From Minisyncoccota bacterium (lineage in GTDB: Bacteria; Patescibacteriota; Minisyncoccia; Phycocordibacterales; UBA6065), in NCBI GenBank assembly GCA_041661645.1, contig JBAZUA010000005.1, forward strand, positions 14,829-78,828: a DNA stretch of 64,000 nucleotides, written 5' to 3'. The notes under the pieces are model-generated. The model ran no database searches and was not told where the DNA came from. It saw only the letters and a list, made by a program, of their open reading frames with translations. Every line of letters starts with the position of its first letter. The first letter of the stretch is position 1. Shown piece by piece: positions 1 to 8,689 of this stretch. A program made the position numbers and the translations under genes.

Positions 1-758
1 GGCTCTATGGCGACTGCACCTATGTCGGCTATGCGGGCAACGTCGAATTCTTCGGCGGAAGCGCGCAGCGTCGATTGTCTGTCGTCAATGATGAGGGGCA
101 GGCTGGTCTTCTTGGCCTTGGGCTCATTCACGCCAAAAGCGAGATTGCCCAGGCCGGATTCGATTATGAGGCCCTCAAGAGCGGCCTCAGCCAGACAGCC
201 CTTGTCAGCTTGCCCAAGTTCCAGACCCAGGAAGTCCAGAAGGTCATTGGCCAGAAGGCGGAGCAGGGGACTCTCGGAAACAACTCGATATTCTCGTTCG
301 AGATCTTCTTCCGTCCCAATCAGAACAGCTTCAACGTCGATACCTATCGGCCTGAGTTCAAGAAGGTGATTGACCTCGCCGCCGTTTACGGTGGCGCGAT
401 CATTACCGTCGAGGGACATTCTGATGTCATGAATTACCTGAAGAAGAGGAAGGCGGGCGAAAGCTCGGTTGTCCTCGGCATGGTAAAGCAGTCGGCCAAG
501 AACCTGTCGCTCGCTCGCGCGAACGCGGTCCGTGACTCGATCATCGAATTCGCAAAGCAGTCGGGCCTCGCGCTCGACTCCTCGCAGTTCGCGGTCGTCG
601 GCTACGGCATCACGAATCCCAAGACCGGTTTGATCGGCGGGGAACCCAAGGAGCCCGCGACGGAGGCCGAGTGGCTTTCCAACATGCGGGTCGAGTTCAG
701 GCTCGTGTCGGTTGAGGCCGAGGAATCGGTCTTCGCTCCGGCGGGAGGTGGCAAATGA
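1..758 (+). CDS. OmpA-like peptidoglycan-associated protein; 5' end truncated by the window edge
   Basis: The reading frame (codons from nt 3) is open from the window start. The C-terminus carries OmpA/MotB hallmarks: ITVEGHSD, SLARANAVRD, GYGITNP, NMRVEFRL. Confidence 0.6.
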   Translation, partial: LYGDCTYVGYAGNVEFFGGSAQRRLSVVNDEGQAGLLGLGLIHAKSEIAQAGFDYEALKSGLSQTALVSLPKFQTQEVQKVIGQKAEQGTLGNNSIFSFEIFFRPNQNSFNVDTYRPEFKKVIDLAAVYGGAIITVEGHSDVMNYLKKRKAGESSVVLGMVKQSAKNLSLARANAVRDSIIEFAKQSGLALDSSQFAVVGYGITNPKTGLIGGEPKEPATEAEWLSNMRVEFRLVSVEAEESVFAPAGGGK

Positions 759-1486
759 AAGTGTTTTCCAAAATCCTCCTGGCGTTTGGCATCATCACGA
801 TCGTCGCCGGCTGCGACGTGTCCCAGCAGGGCACGGATCTCCGGGCGTCCGGCAGTTCGACACCGGCGGCGAAGGCGCCGTCTGCCTGGTTTGGCGCGAC
901 AGACACTGTCGCACTTAAGCTGGACTCGAGCCTTATGAGGAAGAACTATTACATAATCCTCGACGGTTCGAGCAGCATGGAGGGAAGGGCGGGCGGTGAC
1001 GTCAAAATCGTCGCGGCCAAGGACGCCATCAGTCGGTTTGCCAAGAGCATCCCGCCCGACGCAAATCTGGGGCTCTTCGTCTTCAACGACGCTGGGGTCT
1101 CCGAAAGGGTTCCCTTGGGCACGGGCAATCGTCCGCGGTTCATGTCAGCGCTTGGCACTGTGAGCGCAGGTGGCGGCACCCCGCTCAGGTCAGCCATCAC
1201 CAATGCCTATGAGCGTATCCGGGCCCAGGCCCAGCGGCAGCTCGGATACGGTGAATACCACCTTGTCATCGTCACCGACGGCGAGGCGAACTTCGGGGAG
1301 GATCCACGCGACATTGTCGATAAGATCGTTTCCGAGTCGCCCGTGGTGCTTCACACCATCGGCTTCGGCATCGACGAGGGCCATTCCCTGAATCAGAAGG
1401 GGAAGGTGTTCTACAAGTCTGCGGCGGACAAGGCGGCGCTCCAAAAGGGCCTTGCCGACGTCGTCGCGGAATCGGATAAGTTCTAA
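755..1486 (+). CDS. von Willebrand factor type A (vWA) domain lipoprotein
   Basis: N-terminal signal peptide with lipobox (IVAGC). MIDAS motif DGSSSM. The vWA core includes VFND, GGGTP and VIVTDGEAN. There is a 4-nt ATGA overlap with the upstream gene. Confidence 0.6.
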   Translation: MKVFSKILLAFGIITIVAGCDVSQQGTDLRASGSSTPAAKAPSAWFGATDTVALKLDSSLMRKNYYIILDGSSSMEGRAGGDVKIVAAKDAISRFAKSIPPDANLGLFVFNDAGVSERVPLGTGNRPRFMSALGTVSAGGGTPLRSAITNAYERIRAQAQRQLGYGEYHLVIVTDGEANFGEDPRDIVDKIVSESPVVLHTIGFGIDEGHSLNQKGKVFYKSAADKAALQKGLADVVAESDKF

Positions 1487-1499
1487 GTCATAGGTCAGC

Positions 1500-1547
1500 G
1501 GCAGACATCGTCTGCCAGAATCCCCGTCGCAAGATGGGGATTTTTTT
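1500..1547 (+). terminator. Rho-independent terminator: two hairpins (GGCAGAC/GTCTGCC and AATCCCC/GGGGATT) followed by T7
   Basis: Perfect inverted repeats followed by TTTTTTT, read directly from the sequence. Confidence 0.6.
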
Positions 1548-1562
1548 ATGGGAGAATTTATA

Positions 1563-1592
1563 TAAAAAAGCCGCGAATTTTGTTCGCGGCTC
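1563..1592 (-). terminator. Rho-independent terminator for the minus-strand pilin-like gene
   Basis: Stem GCCGCGAA/TTCGCGGC with a 5-nt loop. The A-run on the + strand equals a T-run on the minus strand. Confidence 0.55.
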
Positions 1593-1605
1593 CGTGCGTT
1601 CCTGA

Positions 1606-1974
1606 TTATTTCCTGGCTGGCGGCGCCGAGGACGAGACGTGAAGCACGGTGTTCTTGTCGAAGATATGCTCTTGTCGGATTCCGTCGGCATCCGTCCAGA
1701 CCGCGCGGGTCTCTTCCATGGAGATCTCGCCCCTGAGGCTGAATTCCATTACGGCCTTGCCGGTCTCGATCGACACGACATAGACTTTTTTGGCTGCGGC
1801 CGGATGCTGTCGGACGTATTCCTCCTGGAGGTTGCGGTCCCTGACTTTTTTGAAGGCGGGTATGGCCATGGCTGCGAGCAGGCCGATTATGACCATGACG
1901 ATCGCGACCTCGACTACGGTGAATCCTTTGGTTTTCATATGTTCTTTCGAAGTTGTTTCGACTCTGTTTTTCAA
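1606..1974 (-). CDS. Type IV pilin-like protein with a prepilin-type N-terminal cleavage/methylation motif
   Basis: The KGFTVVEVAIVMVIIGLLAAMAIPAF segment is a class III signal peptide plus hydrophobic helix. The true start is probably the internal Met at 1938 (MKTKGFTVVEV). Confidence 0.6.
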   Translation of the reverse strand: MKNRVETTSKEHMKTKGFTVVEVAIVMVIIGLLAAMAIPAFKKVRDRNLQEEYVRQHPAAAKKVYVVSIETGKAVMEFSLRGEISMEETRAVWTDADGIRQEHIFDKNTVLHVSSSAPPARK

Positions 1975-2019
1975 ATTAGCATCATTTTTCGATATGTCAA
2001 TGAAAAGGATCGGGCCTTA

Positions 2020-2047
2020 TTGACAAATACTAAAAATTATGTAATTT
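2020..2047 (+). promoter_or_regulatory. Sigma70-like promoter: TTGACA, 16-nt spacer, TAATTT
   Basis: Exact -35 hexamer, AT-rich 16-nt spacer and -10-like hexamer about 70 nt upstream of the 2120 start. The same TTGACA-N16-TAATNT layout recurs at 3763, 4237 and 7726. Confidence 0.45.
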
Positions 2048-2119
2048 AGAATACAGAGAAAAGCTCTCTGTCAGCGCACTTTCGCGAAATACAAACAACC
2101 AAACACAGGAGTCAGGAAC

Positions 2120-3691
2120 ATGAAGACAATAACCAAGTTCATACTCATCCTCATAATCGTGGGGACACTGGTCATTCTGGCCATAAAGATCATCCGCCCC
2201 ATCCTCGAGGATCGGGCTGCCAAGAACGCAAGCGATGCCGTCGAGACCAAGGGCAAGATCGTGGTCCGTATCGATAGCTGGGCCGGGTACTACCCGATAG
2301 CGTCACAGCGCATGAAGAAGAGCCTCCGCAAGGAAGGGTATCTTCTGGAGTGCGTCGATGACAAGTCTGATCTGACCGGGCGCATGAAGGCTCTCGCGAG
2401 CGGTGAGATACAGTTTGCGGTTGCAACCGTCGACTCGTATATCCTGAACGCAGAGCCTCTCAAATTCCCGGGAAGGATCATCGCCGTTATCGACGAGTCA
2501 AAGGGCGGCGATGCCATAGTGGCATGGAAGGAATCCGTCCCGAATCTCGAGGCGCTCAAGGGCACCAAGAGCTTCAGGACGGCCTACACTCCCAATTCGC
2601 CAAGCCATCAGCTGATCAAGGCGGCCGGAACCCATTTCGGCATACCGGCTCTCAAATCGATGGATCCTTCGAGGAAGGTCGAGACGGCCGAGTCGTTGGA
2701 GGCCCTCAAGCTCCTCCTCGGTCACAAGGTCGACGTAGCCGTGCTCTGGGAGCCGGATGTGTCGAAAGCCCTTGCGGCCGGTGCGGTGAAGCTTCTGGGC
2801 ACCGAGAATACGACGCGACTCATTGTCGACGTGCTCCTGGTGAACACGGACTATGCAAAGGATCATCCCGATATCGTCGCGCTTTTCCTCAAGACGTATT
2901 TCAGGACGCTCAAGTCTTACTCGAGCGGGCCCGAAGACCTCAAAAAGGAGATGTGCGACGAGCTGAAGCTTGATCCGAGCGTGGTCGAGAAGATGCTCGG
3001 CGGCGTGTCGTGGGTAAACCTGACAGACAATTGTCAGGATTGGTTTGGCATTGCCTCGCCTGGACGCCAGGCAGAACAGGGCCTCGTCGACACCATCGAT
3101 TCCACGATCGAGATTCTGAGGGACAGCGGTGACTTTTCGGGAAACCCCCTGCCTGACAGCGATCCGTATCGGATCATGCAGAAGGGATTCGTCGAAGACC
3201 TCTATCGCAAGGGCCTGGAGACTGGTTTCAAGAGCCTTGATGGCGATCCCGCGGCGGCTTCGGCCACCCAGGGAATCGATCACCCGTTCTCGGAGCTTAC
3301 CGAAGCCCAGTGGGCCAGCCTCCGCGAGGTTGGCACGCTCAAGATCGAGCCTATCGTCTTTCAGACGGGGACCTCGGACCTTCTCCTTGAGGGCAAGGAG
3401 GATCTGGACAAGATCGTTGCAAGGCTCAAGCATTACCCGACGTTCCGCATCCTCGTCAAAGGCCACACTTCGATGAGGGGTGACCCTGAGGCGAACGGTG
3501 CCCTTTCTCTCGACAGGGCATCGGCGGCGGCACGGTATCTTCAGGTCACTTATGGCATCGATCCTCATCGGATCAGGTCGTTGGGGCTTGGGGGCACAAA
3601 GCCGTTGCCTCGCGAGCCGGGGGAGTCAGGCAGGGCATACGACTATCGTCTGCCTCGCGTCGAGCTCTCGTTGTTGAGCGAGGTGTATTGA
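2120..3691 (+). CDS. Membrane-anchored SsuA/NMT1-like substrate-binding domain fused to a C-terminal OmpA-like peptidoglycan-binding domain
   Basis: The product has an N-terminal TM helix. A periplasmic-binding-fold region resembles the NitT/TauT binding protein at 6588 (ASGEIQFAVATVDSYI, DVAVLWEPD). The C-terminal 110 aa are OmpA_C-like: FRILVKGHTSMRGDPEANGALSLDRASAAARYL. A likely RBS (AGGAG) lies upstream. Confidence 0.55.
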   Translation: MKTITKFILILIIVGTLVILAIKIIRPILEDRAAKNASDAVETKGKIVVRIDSWAGYYPIASQRMKKSLRKEGYLLECVDDKSDLTGRMKALASGEIQFAVATVDSYILNAEPLKFPGRIIAVIDESKGGDAIVAWKESVPNLEALKGTKSFRTAYTPNSPSHQLIKAAGTHFGIPALKSMDPSRKVETAESLEALKLLLGHKVDVAVLWEPDVSKALAAGAVKLLGTENTTRLIVDVLLVNTDYAKDHPDIVALFLKTYFRTLKSYSSGPEDLKKEMCDELKLDPSVVEKMLGGVSWVNLTDNCQDWFGIASPGRQAEQGLVDTIDSTIEILRDSGDFSGNPLPDSDPYRIMQKGFVEDLYRKGLETGFKSLDGDPAAASATQGIDHPFSELTEAQWASLREVGTLKIEPIVFQTGTSDLLLEGKEDLDKIVARLKHYPTFRILVKGHTSMRGDPEANGALSLDRASAAARYLQVTYGIDPHRIRSLGLGGTKPLPREPGESGRAYDYRLPRVELSLLSEVY

Positions 3692-3713
3692 AGAATCGAC
3701 ATCAGGCTACATG

Positions 3714-3742
3714 GCCCGCGACCTCACCGTCGCGGGCTTTTT
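3714..3742 (+). terminator. Rho-independent terminator: GCCCGCGAC/GTCGCGGGC followed by T5
   Basis: Perfect 9-bp stem with a 6-nt loop and a TTTTT tail. Confidence 0.6.
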
Positions 3743-3762
3743 CTTGCCAGGATGGGGTCACA

Positions 3763-3790
3763 TTGACAAAGCTTTAAATAATTGTAATGT
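3763..3790 (+). promoter_or_regulatory. Sigma70-like promoter: TTGACA, 16-nt spacer, TAATGT
   Basis: Same layout as the promoter at 2020. It sits inside the long ORF-track frame 3711..4142, which argues for the shorter 3831 start. Confidence 0.45.
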
Positions 3791-3830
3791 TATGCCTGTA
3801 CCAGCACAACCTTTATCAAGGATCTTCACA

Positions 3831-4142
3831 ATGTCAACGCGAAACGCTTCAGCAGCCCCACACAGGGCTTCGGTCATAGACGATTCGGGGACCTCTAAGC
3901 AACCAATTAGATTTCCTCTCTCGGGTGATGTCTTCCAGCTCGCCACTCAGGAAAAGGCCCTGCTTAATGCAGGACTGTCCGTCGGCAGGGCCGATATCTA
4001 CCCTGGCCTCTATGATGTCGAAGACTTCAAGCGGGCGCTCACCATCATCTGGAAGCAAAAACTCGAAGGGTGGTGGCATTACAGGGCCGAATTCATCAGG
4101 CACTCGATATGCGATGAGTTGGCTTTCGCCCAAGCCCGCTGA
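3831..4142 (+). CDS. Hypothetical small protein (103 aa) forming a stand-alone transcription unit
   Basis: ATG at 3831 with an AAGGA sequence 8 nt upstream. The gene is flanked by a promoter (3763) and a terminator (4171). No recognisable motifs. Confidence 0.35.
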   Translation: MSTRNASAAPHRASVIDDSGTSKQPIRFPLSGDVFQLATQEKALLNAGLSVGRADIYPGLYDVEDFKRALTIIWKQKLEGWWHYRAEFIRHSICDELAFAQAR

Positions 4143-4170
4143 TCAACGCTTCAGGTTTTTTCGTTTCAAG

Positions 4171-4198
4171 GCCCCCGTCATGCACGGGGGCCTTTTTC
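4171..4198 (+). terminator. Rho-independent terminator: GGCCCCCG/CGGGGGCC followed by T5
   Basis: 8-bp GC stem, 7-nt loop and TTTTT tail. Confidence 0.6.
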
Positions 4199-4236
4199 AT
4201 GTCTTTCAGGGCCATCGCCGCCCGCGCGAGAAGTAT

Positions 4237-4264
4237 TGACATATCTTATAAAATATGTAATGTA
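4237..4264 (+). promoter_or_regulatory. Sigma70-like promoter: TTGACA, 16-nt spacer, TAATGT. It is followed by a leader of about 110 nt.
   Basis: Exact motif match to the 3763 promoter. The leader contains the small hairpin GCAT..ATGC and a second TTGACA. Confidence 0.45.
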
Positions 4265-4372
4265 ATGCTGGTAAACGGGGCGCATCCGCACCCATGCTCT
4301 TTGACAGCTTCATGTAGATAAATAAAGACAAAGAGCATTCATTTTCTGCAACACCAAATCCACTGAAAAATC

Positions 4373-5224
4373 ATGAAAGAACAAAGTCAGGCAGCTCCGT
4401 CACCGGCGGACTACGGCGAGTCAAAAACTCGCCAGGCAGTCCTCTCGGATACGGTTCAGCACCCGATGACGCTTCTGCCGATAGCGGCGGGCGTCATAGG
4501 GGGAGTAGGAGTCATCATGCTCACGCCCCTCATGACCGTTGGCGTGGGAATCCTGGCCGGAGGCGTCTTCTTCGGGGCAATCGGTTGGTTCGCCAACTGG
4601 AAGCTCCGCGGAGACGCGCTGGCCATGGTCTACCACGACGCGCTTCACAGGCGCGAGAAGGAGAGCCGAGACCAAAAGCTCGCGATCCTCGAACGGCAGC
4701 TCGGCGGCGAAGTAGACTGTGAGCAGGGCAGGTCCCAGGTGTCTCAGTTCGAGGAGAAGTTCAACAACCTATCCGAAGTGCTGAGGCGCAAGCTGGACAG
4801 TCAGGAGCTCACCTACAGTCGCTATCTGTCAACGGCCGAATCCGTCTACAACTCAGGCATAAAAAACCTCGAGCAAGTGGCGGTATTCCTCAAGAGCATC
4901 GGCGAGATAAACATCGCCGACATCAGGAGGAAGATCAAGCGTCTCGAGTCAATCGACGGCGCGACAATCTCGCCCCAGCAGAAACGCGAACTCGCCACCA
5001 TCAGGGAGCGAGAGAAGATTTATGGCGGAACCCAGAGCCAAGTCGCCGACCTCCTCGCCCAAAACGAGGAGTCGCTGACCGGGCTCGACAGAACCGCCGT
5101 GGCCATCGCCGCCATCAAGACCTCATCCAGCATCACTGGGTCGACGGACGAGATGAACGTGGCGATGGACGAGCTCAGAAGACTCCTTTCGAGAGGGGAG
5201 CCAAAGGCCCCCGCTCTCTTGTAG
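4373..5224 (+). CDS. Membrane protein with two N-terminal TM helices and a long C-terminal coiled-coil domain
   Basis: Hydrophobic segments LLPIAAGVIGGVGVIML and ILAGGVFFGAIGWF, followed by a heptad-like charged region. Its position upstream of the TelA-like gene parallels the xpaC-yaaN arrangement; this is an inference. Confidence 0.45.
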   Translation: MKEQSQAAPSPADYGESKTRQAVLSDTVQHPMTLLPIAAGVIGGVGVIMLTPLMTVGVGILAGGVFFGAIGWFANWKLRGDALAMVYHDALHRREKESRDQKLAILERQLGGEVDCEQGRSQVSQFEEKFNNLSEVLRRKLDSQELTYSRYLSTAESVYNSGIKNLEQVAVFLKSIGEINIADIRRKIKRLESIDGATISPQQKRELATIREREKIYGGTQSQVADLLAQNEESLTGLDRTAVAIAAIKTSSSITGSTDEMNVAMDELRRLLSRGEPKAPALL

Positions 5225-5274
5225 CGAACAATTTGTCCGAGAAAACAACAATACCGTAATACAGTTAGACCACC

Positions 5275-6531
5275 ATGACAGCACAAACCATACCACCCTC
5301 AGTTGCCAAAGACACGCCGACGACCCTTCAGGTCGTCACGTCCGCATCGCTTGCCTCGGCCCTGCCGAGCACGGGCGTCGCCCTCATCGATCCGAGCGAT
5401 TTCAGCAAGAGCCAAGTCGTTTCGCTCGTGTCCCCCGCGGACCAGGCGAAGCTTGCGGTTCTTGCCGGCTCGCTCGTGAACTTCGATCGTCGCAACCCCC
5501 GCGAGAAGGCTCAGCGGGCGGCGTCGATCGAGAGCGTCGGCAGTGCGGCGCAGACGCGGGCTGGTCAGACGAGCAAGATGCTCGACCAGCCGATTGAACG
5601 GCTCATCGCAGCCGGAGACGAGGGAAGCCCTGTCGCCAACGCCTTGATTAGCCTCAAGACGGAAGTCGATCGGGTGAATCCCTCCCGCTACAGGATCCTC
5701 GAGCCGGGCGGCGTCGGACGCTTCTTCTCGTTCGTTCCCTTCGTTGGGACCTCGATGAACAGATACTTCACCAAGTTCCAGTCATCGAGCAGCGTGATCG
5801 AGAGCGTCCTCGTCCAGCTCAAGGCCGGCGTTGATCGCCTCAAGCGCGACAACGAGCAGATCATCGACGACAAGGTTCGCATGGGCGAAACGAACGTCGA
5901 GCTCGAAAACGTCATCGCGCAGGCCCTCTTCCTGGACAAGCTCCTGGAGGAAAAGGCCGAGGCGATGATCGTCGACTCGGACGACCGCAAGTTCGTGGAC
6001 GAGGAGCTTCGGTTCCCGTTGCGGCAGCGCATCAAGGACCTCCAGACCCAGCTCGCGGTCAATCAACAGGGAATCCTTTCCCTCGAGATCGTCCGCCGCA
6101 ACAACCTGGAGCTCATCCGCGGTGCCCGCCGTTGCGAGACGGTTACCTTCACGGCGCTCAAAATCGCCGTTCAGGTCGCCCTGGCGCTGGCCAACCAACG
6201 CATCGTCCTCAGGACGATTGACGCGGTTGACCAGACGACCAATGCCCTCATGCTTCAGAACGCGCAGACCTTGCGCACCCAGGGCGTCGAGATTCACAAG
6301 AAGGCGGTCAGTCAGGGAATCAGCATCGAGACCCTGCGCAAGTCCTTCGAGGACATCAACGCCGCCTACGACGACCTGCGGCGCTTCCGCACGGAGGCGC
6401 TTCCGGAGATGAAGAACCAGATGTTGGAGCTCAGTGGCCTGACCGGCAATGCCGCGAAAGCCATCGAGCGCCTGGAGAAGGGCGATTCCGCCCGATCCGA
6501 CATCCTGGAGCTTACTCCCGCTACATCCTGA
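5275..6531 (+). CDS. TelA-like (toxic anion resistance family) protein
   Basis: About 418 aa, all alpha-helical, with the size and layout of the TelA/KlaB family. The call is by similarity recalled from memory, not by a diagnostic motif. Confidence 0.45.
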   Translation: MTAQTIPPSVAKDTPTTLQVVTSASLASALPSTGVALIDPSDFSKSQVVSLVSPADQAKLAVLAGSLVNFDRRNPREKAQRAASIESVGSAAQTRAGQTSKMLDQPIERLIAAGDEGSPVANALISLKTEVDRVNPSRYRILEPGGVGRFFSFVPFVGTSMNRYFTKFQSSSSVIESVLVQLKAGVDRLKRDNEQIIDDKVRMGETNVELENVIAQALFLDKLLEEKAEAMIVDSDDRKFVDEELRFPLRQRIKDLQTQLAVNQQGILSLEIVRRNNLELIRGARRCETVTFTALKIAVQVALALANQRIVLRTIDAVDQTTNALMLQNAQTLRTQGVEIHKKAVSQGISIETLRKSFEDINAAYDDLRRFRTEALPEMKNQMLELSGLTGNAAKAIERLEKGDSARSDILELTPATS

Positions 6532-6587
6532 AACTCAGCAATCCATAAACCAGACAACCAACCCGTTAGGACAGGAAATCACAGAAA

Positions 6588-7652
6588 ATGAAAACGCTCA
6601 AACATCTCAGTATGGCCTTGGTGGCCTGCATCGTCATCGCCGCTTCCGGGATTCAGTCCCGCGCGGCCGACCAGCCGACCTATACGGTCGCGCGGTCGCA
6701 TTACGCCGGTTGGGAGCCGTGGGACTACATCGAGTCCTCGGGCATCCTCAAGAAATGGTCCGATAAATACGGCGTCAAGATCAAGCTCACTCCCTGGATG
6801 GACTACGTTCCCTCCATGGAGCTCTACACCGCCGGCAAGGCCGTGGGCTGTCTCATGACCAACATGGATGCCCTGACCATGCCCGCGGTGGGCGGGGTCG
6901 ACTCGACGGCGCTCATCATGGGCGACTTCTCGAACGGCAACGACGGCATCGTGCTCCGCAAGGGCACGTCCATCAAAGACCTGAAGGGCCGCAAGGTCCT
7001 TCTCGTCGAGCTTACCGTCTCGGATTACATGCTCTCGCGAGGGCTTGGGCAGAATGGCATGGCCGATAGCGACGTTGTCCGGGTTAACACCGCGGATTCC
7101 GCCATCGTTTCGGCCTTCGCCGCATCGCCCGTCGAGACGGCGATCGTCACCTGGAACCCGCTCCTCATGCAGGCGCGGAACCTCAAGGGCGCGACGATGG
7201 TGTTCGACTCGTCGAAGATACCGGGCGAGATCATGGATCTCCTCGTGATTCGCACCGATGCGCCGGCAGCCGTTAAAAAGGCGCTTGTAGGGGCATGGTA
7301 TGAGGCCATGGGAATCATGTCCGGGCAGGGAAAGGCAACCGACGAGGCTATCGCCGACATGGCGAAGTCCGCCGGCGGCAGCCTTGCCGAGTTCCAGGCG
7401 CAGTTGAAAACGACGCGCATGTTCTATGATTCGAAGGACGCGGTAGCCTTCACCAAAGGCGACGGCATCAAGAAGACGATGGAGCTCGTTCGCACGTTCA
7501 GCTTCGACCACGGCCTCTATGGTCAAAGTCTGACGTCAAAGGACGCCATCGGCATCGAGTTCGCCGACAAGGCCGTCCTGGGGAACAAGAACAACGTCAA
7601 GTTGCGCTTTGACTCCGTCTACATGCAGCTGGCCGCAGAGGGTAAGCTTTAA
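6588..7652 (+). CDS. ABC transporter substrate-binding protein, NitT/TauT (NMT1/SsuA-like) family
   Basis: Signal peptide (ALVACIVIAASGIQSRA) followed by a periplasmic-binding-fold sequence. A permease gene and an ATPase gene follow. Confidence 0.65.
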   Translation: MKTLKHLSMALVACIVIAASGIQSRAADQPTYTVARSHYAGWEPWDYIESSGILKKWSDKYGVKIKLTPWMDYVPSMELYTAGKAVGCLMTNMDALTMPAVGGVDSTALIMGDFSNGNDGIVLRKGTSIKDLKGRKVLLVELTVSDYMLSRGLGQNGMADSDVVRVNTADSAIVSAFAASPVETAIVTWNPLLMQARNLKGATMVFDSSKIPGEIMDLLVIRTDAPAAVKKALVGAWYEAMGIMSGQGKATDEAIADMAKSAGGSLAEFQAQLKTTRMFYDSKDAVAFTKGDGIKKTMELVRTFSFDHGLYGQSLTSKDAIGIEFADKAVLGNKNNVKLRFDSVYMQLAAEGKL

Positions 7653-7681
7653 GCACACCCCTTCGGTCGCAGTTTAGATTC

Positions 7682-7718
7682 AATCCCTACCGGTTTTACT
7701 GGTAGGGATTTTCTTTTG
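7682..7718 (+). terminator. Rho-independent terminator: 10-bp stem AATCCCTACC/GGTAGGGATT followed by a T-rich tail
   Basis: Perfect inverted repeat with a 9-nt loop, followed by TTTTCTTTT. Confidence 0.6.
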
Positions 7719-7725
7719 GAGATAA

Positions 7726-7753
7726 TTGACAAAATCTATATTTTATGTAATAT
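7726..7753 (+). promoter_or_regulatory. Sigma70-like promoter: TTGACA, 16-nt spacer, TAATAT
   Basis: Fourth instance of the TTGACA-N16-TAATNT motif, located upstream of the permease gene. Confidence 0.45.
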
Positions 7754-7836
7754 CGAAAACAGTTTTGTATGGATTAATGCCTGCAAAGGCTCTTTGAAAC
7801 TCTTAACCTCAACCTCACAACAACAAGGATTGAATC

Positions 7837-8673
7837 ATGAAAAACACACGCATTCCTCTCTTCTGGGGAATTCACGCTCAACCAGGGCCCTTGTTCGCAA
7901 GGACTCTTTCCTGCATACCCTTCATCATTGCGGTGGCACTCTACGGCCATTTCTCTGCTGAGCGGCTAAGGGTGAATTCGGAAGACAAGATTTTGCCGTC
8001 ATTCTCGCAGATGGCCAAGGCCACCTACAGCATGGCGTTCACCAAGGATCGGAGAACCGACGATTACCTCCTGCGAAAAGACACGGTGGCGAGCCTGAAG
8101 AGGATCGTCATCGGCGTCAGCGTCGCGGCGGTAGTCGGGCTATGGCTCGGCATCAACATGGGGGTATTTAGGGGGATGGGCGCCGTCTTCGGTGCCTTCT
8201 TCATATTCGTCTCCATCATACCGCCGCTCGCCGTCCTGCCGATACTCTTCATGACGTTCGGCGTGGACGAGCTCGCCAAGATCATGCTCATCATTATCGG
8301 CGGGGCACTCGCGATAACCAGAAGTATGTATCTTGAGGTCTCCAAGATTCCGCGCGAGCAGATCATCAAGGCATGCACGCTCGGCGCCTCGCAGATGGCC
8401 ATCGTCTATCGCATCATCCTGCCGCAGATGCTGCCCAGGCTGATCGACACGATCCGCATAGTTCTCGGAGCCTCCTGGCTCTTTCTCATCGCCGCCGAGG
8501 CCATGGCTTCGACCGAGGGGCTGGGATATCGGATATATCTGATGCAGCGACATTTTGCGATGGATGTCATCATCCCCTATGTCCTGTGGCTCACGTTCCT
8601 GGGATTCGTCTTCGATAGGGCCCTCAGATGGGTTCTCGAGACGTTCTTCAGGTGGTATTGCGAAACAAAATAA
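7837..8673 (+). CDS. ABC transporter permease, NitT/TauT family
   Basis: Multiple TM helices and an EAA-type loop (ITRSMYLEVSKIPREQIIKACTLGAS) typical of the BPD_transp_1 family. Confidence 0.7.
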   Translation: MKNTRIPLFWGIHAQPGPLFARTLSCIPFIIAVALYGHFSAERLRVNSEDKILPSFSQMAKATYSMAFTKDRRTDDYLLRKDTVASLKRIVIGVSVAAVVGLWLGINMGVFRGMGAVFGAFFIFVSIIPPLAVLPILFMTFGVDELAKIMLIIIGGALAITRSMYLEVSKIPREQIIKACTLGASQMAIVYRIILPQMLPRLIDTIRIVLGASWLFLIAAEAMASTEGLGYRIYLMQRHFAMDVIIPYVLWLTFLGFVFDRALRWVLETFFRWYCETK

Positions 8674-8689
8674 AAGGAGAAAACTCGCC

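Noticed and set aside
2498-3568. 356-aa minus-strand ORF
   Set aside because: It is antisense to the well-supported SsuA-OmpA gene. Its Arg/Ala/Leu-rich composition is typical of spurious ORFs in GC-rich DNA.
6579-7526. 315-aa minus-strand ORF
   Set aside because: It is antisense to the ABC binding-protein gene, which has a clear signal peptide and the expected fold. It has the same GC-artefact composition.
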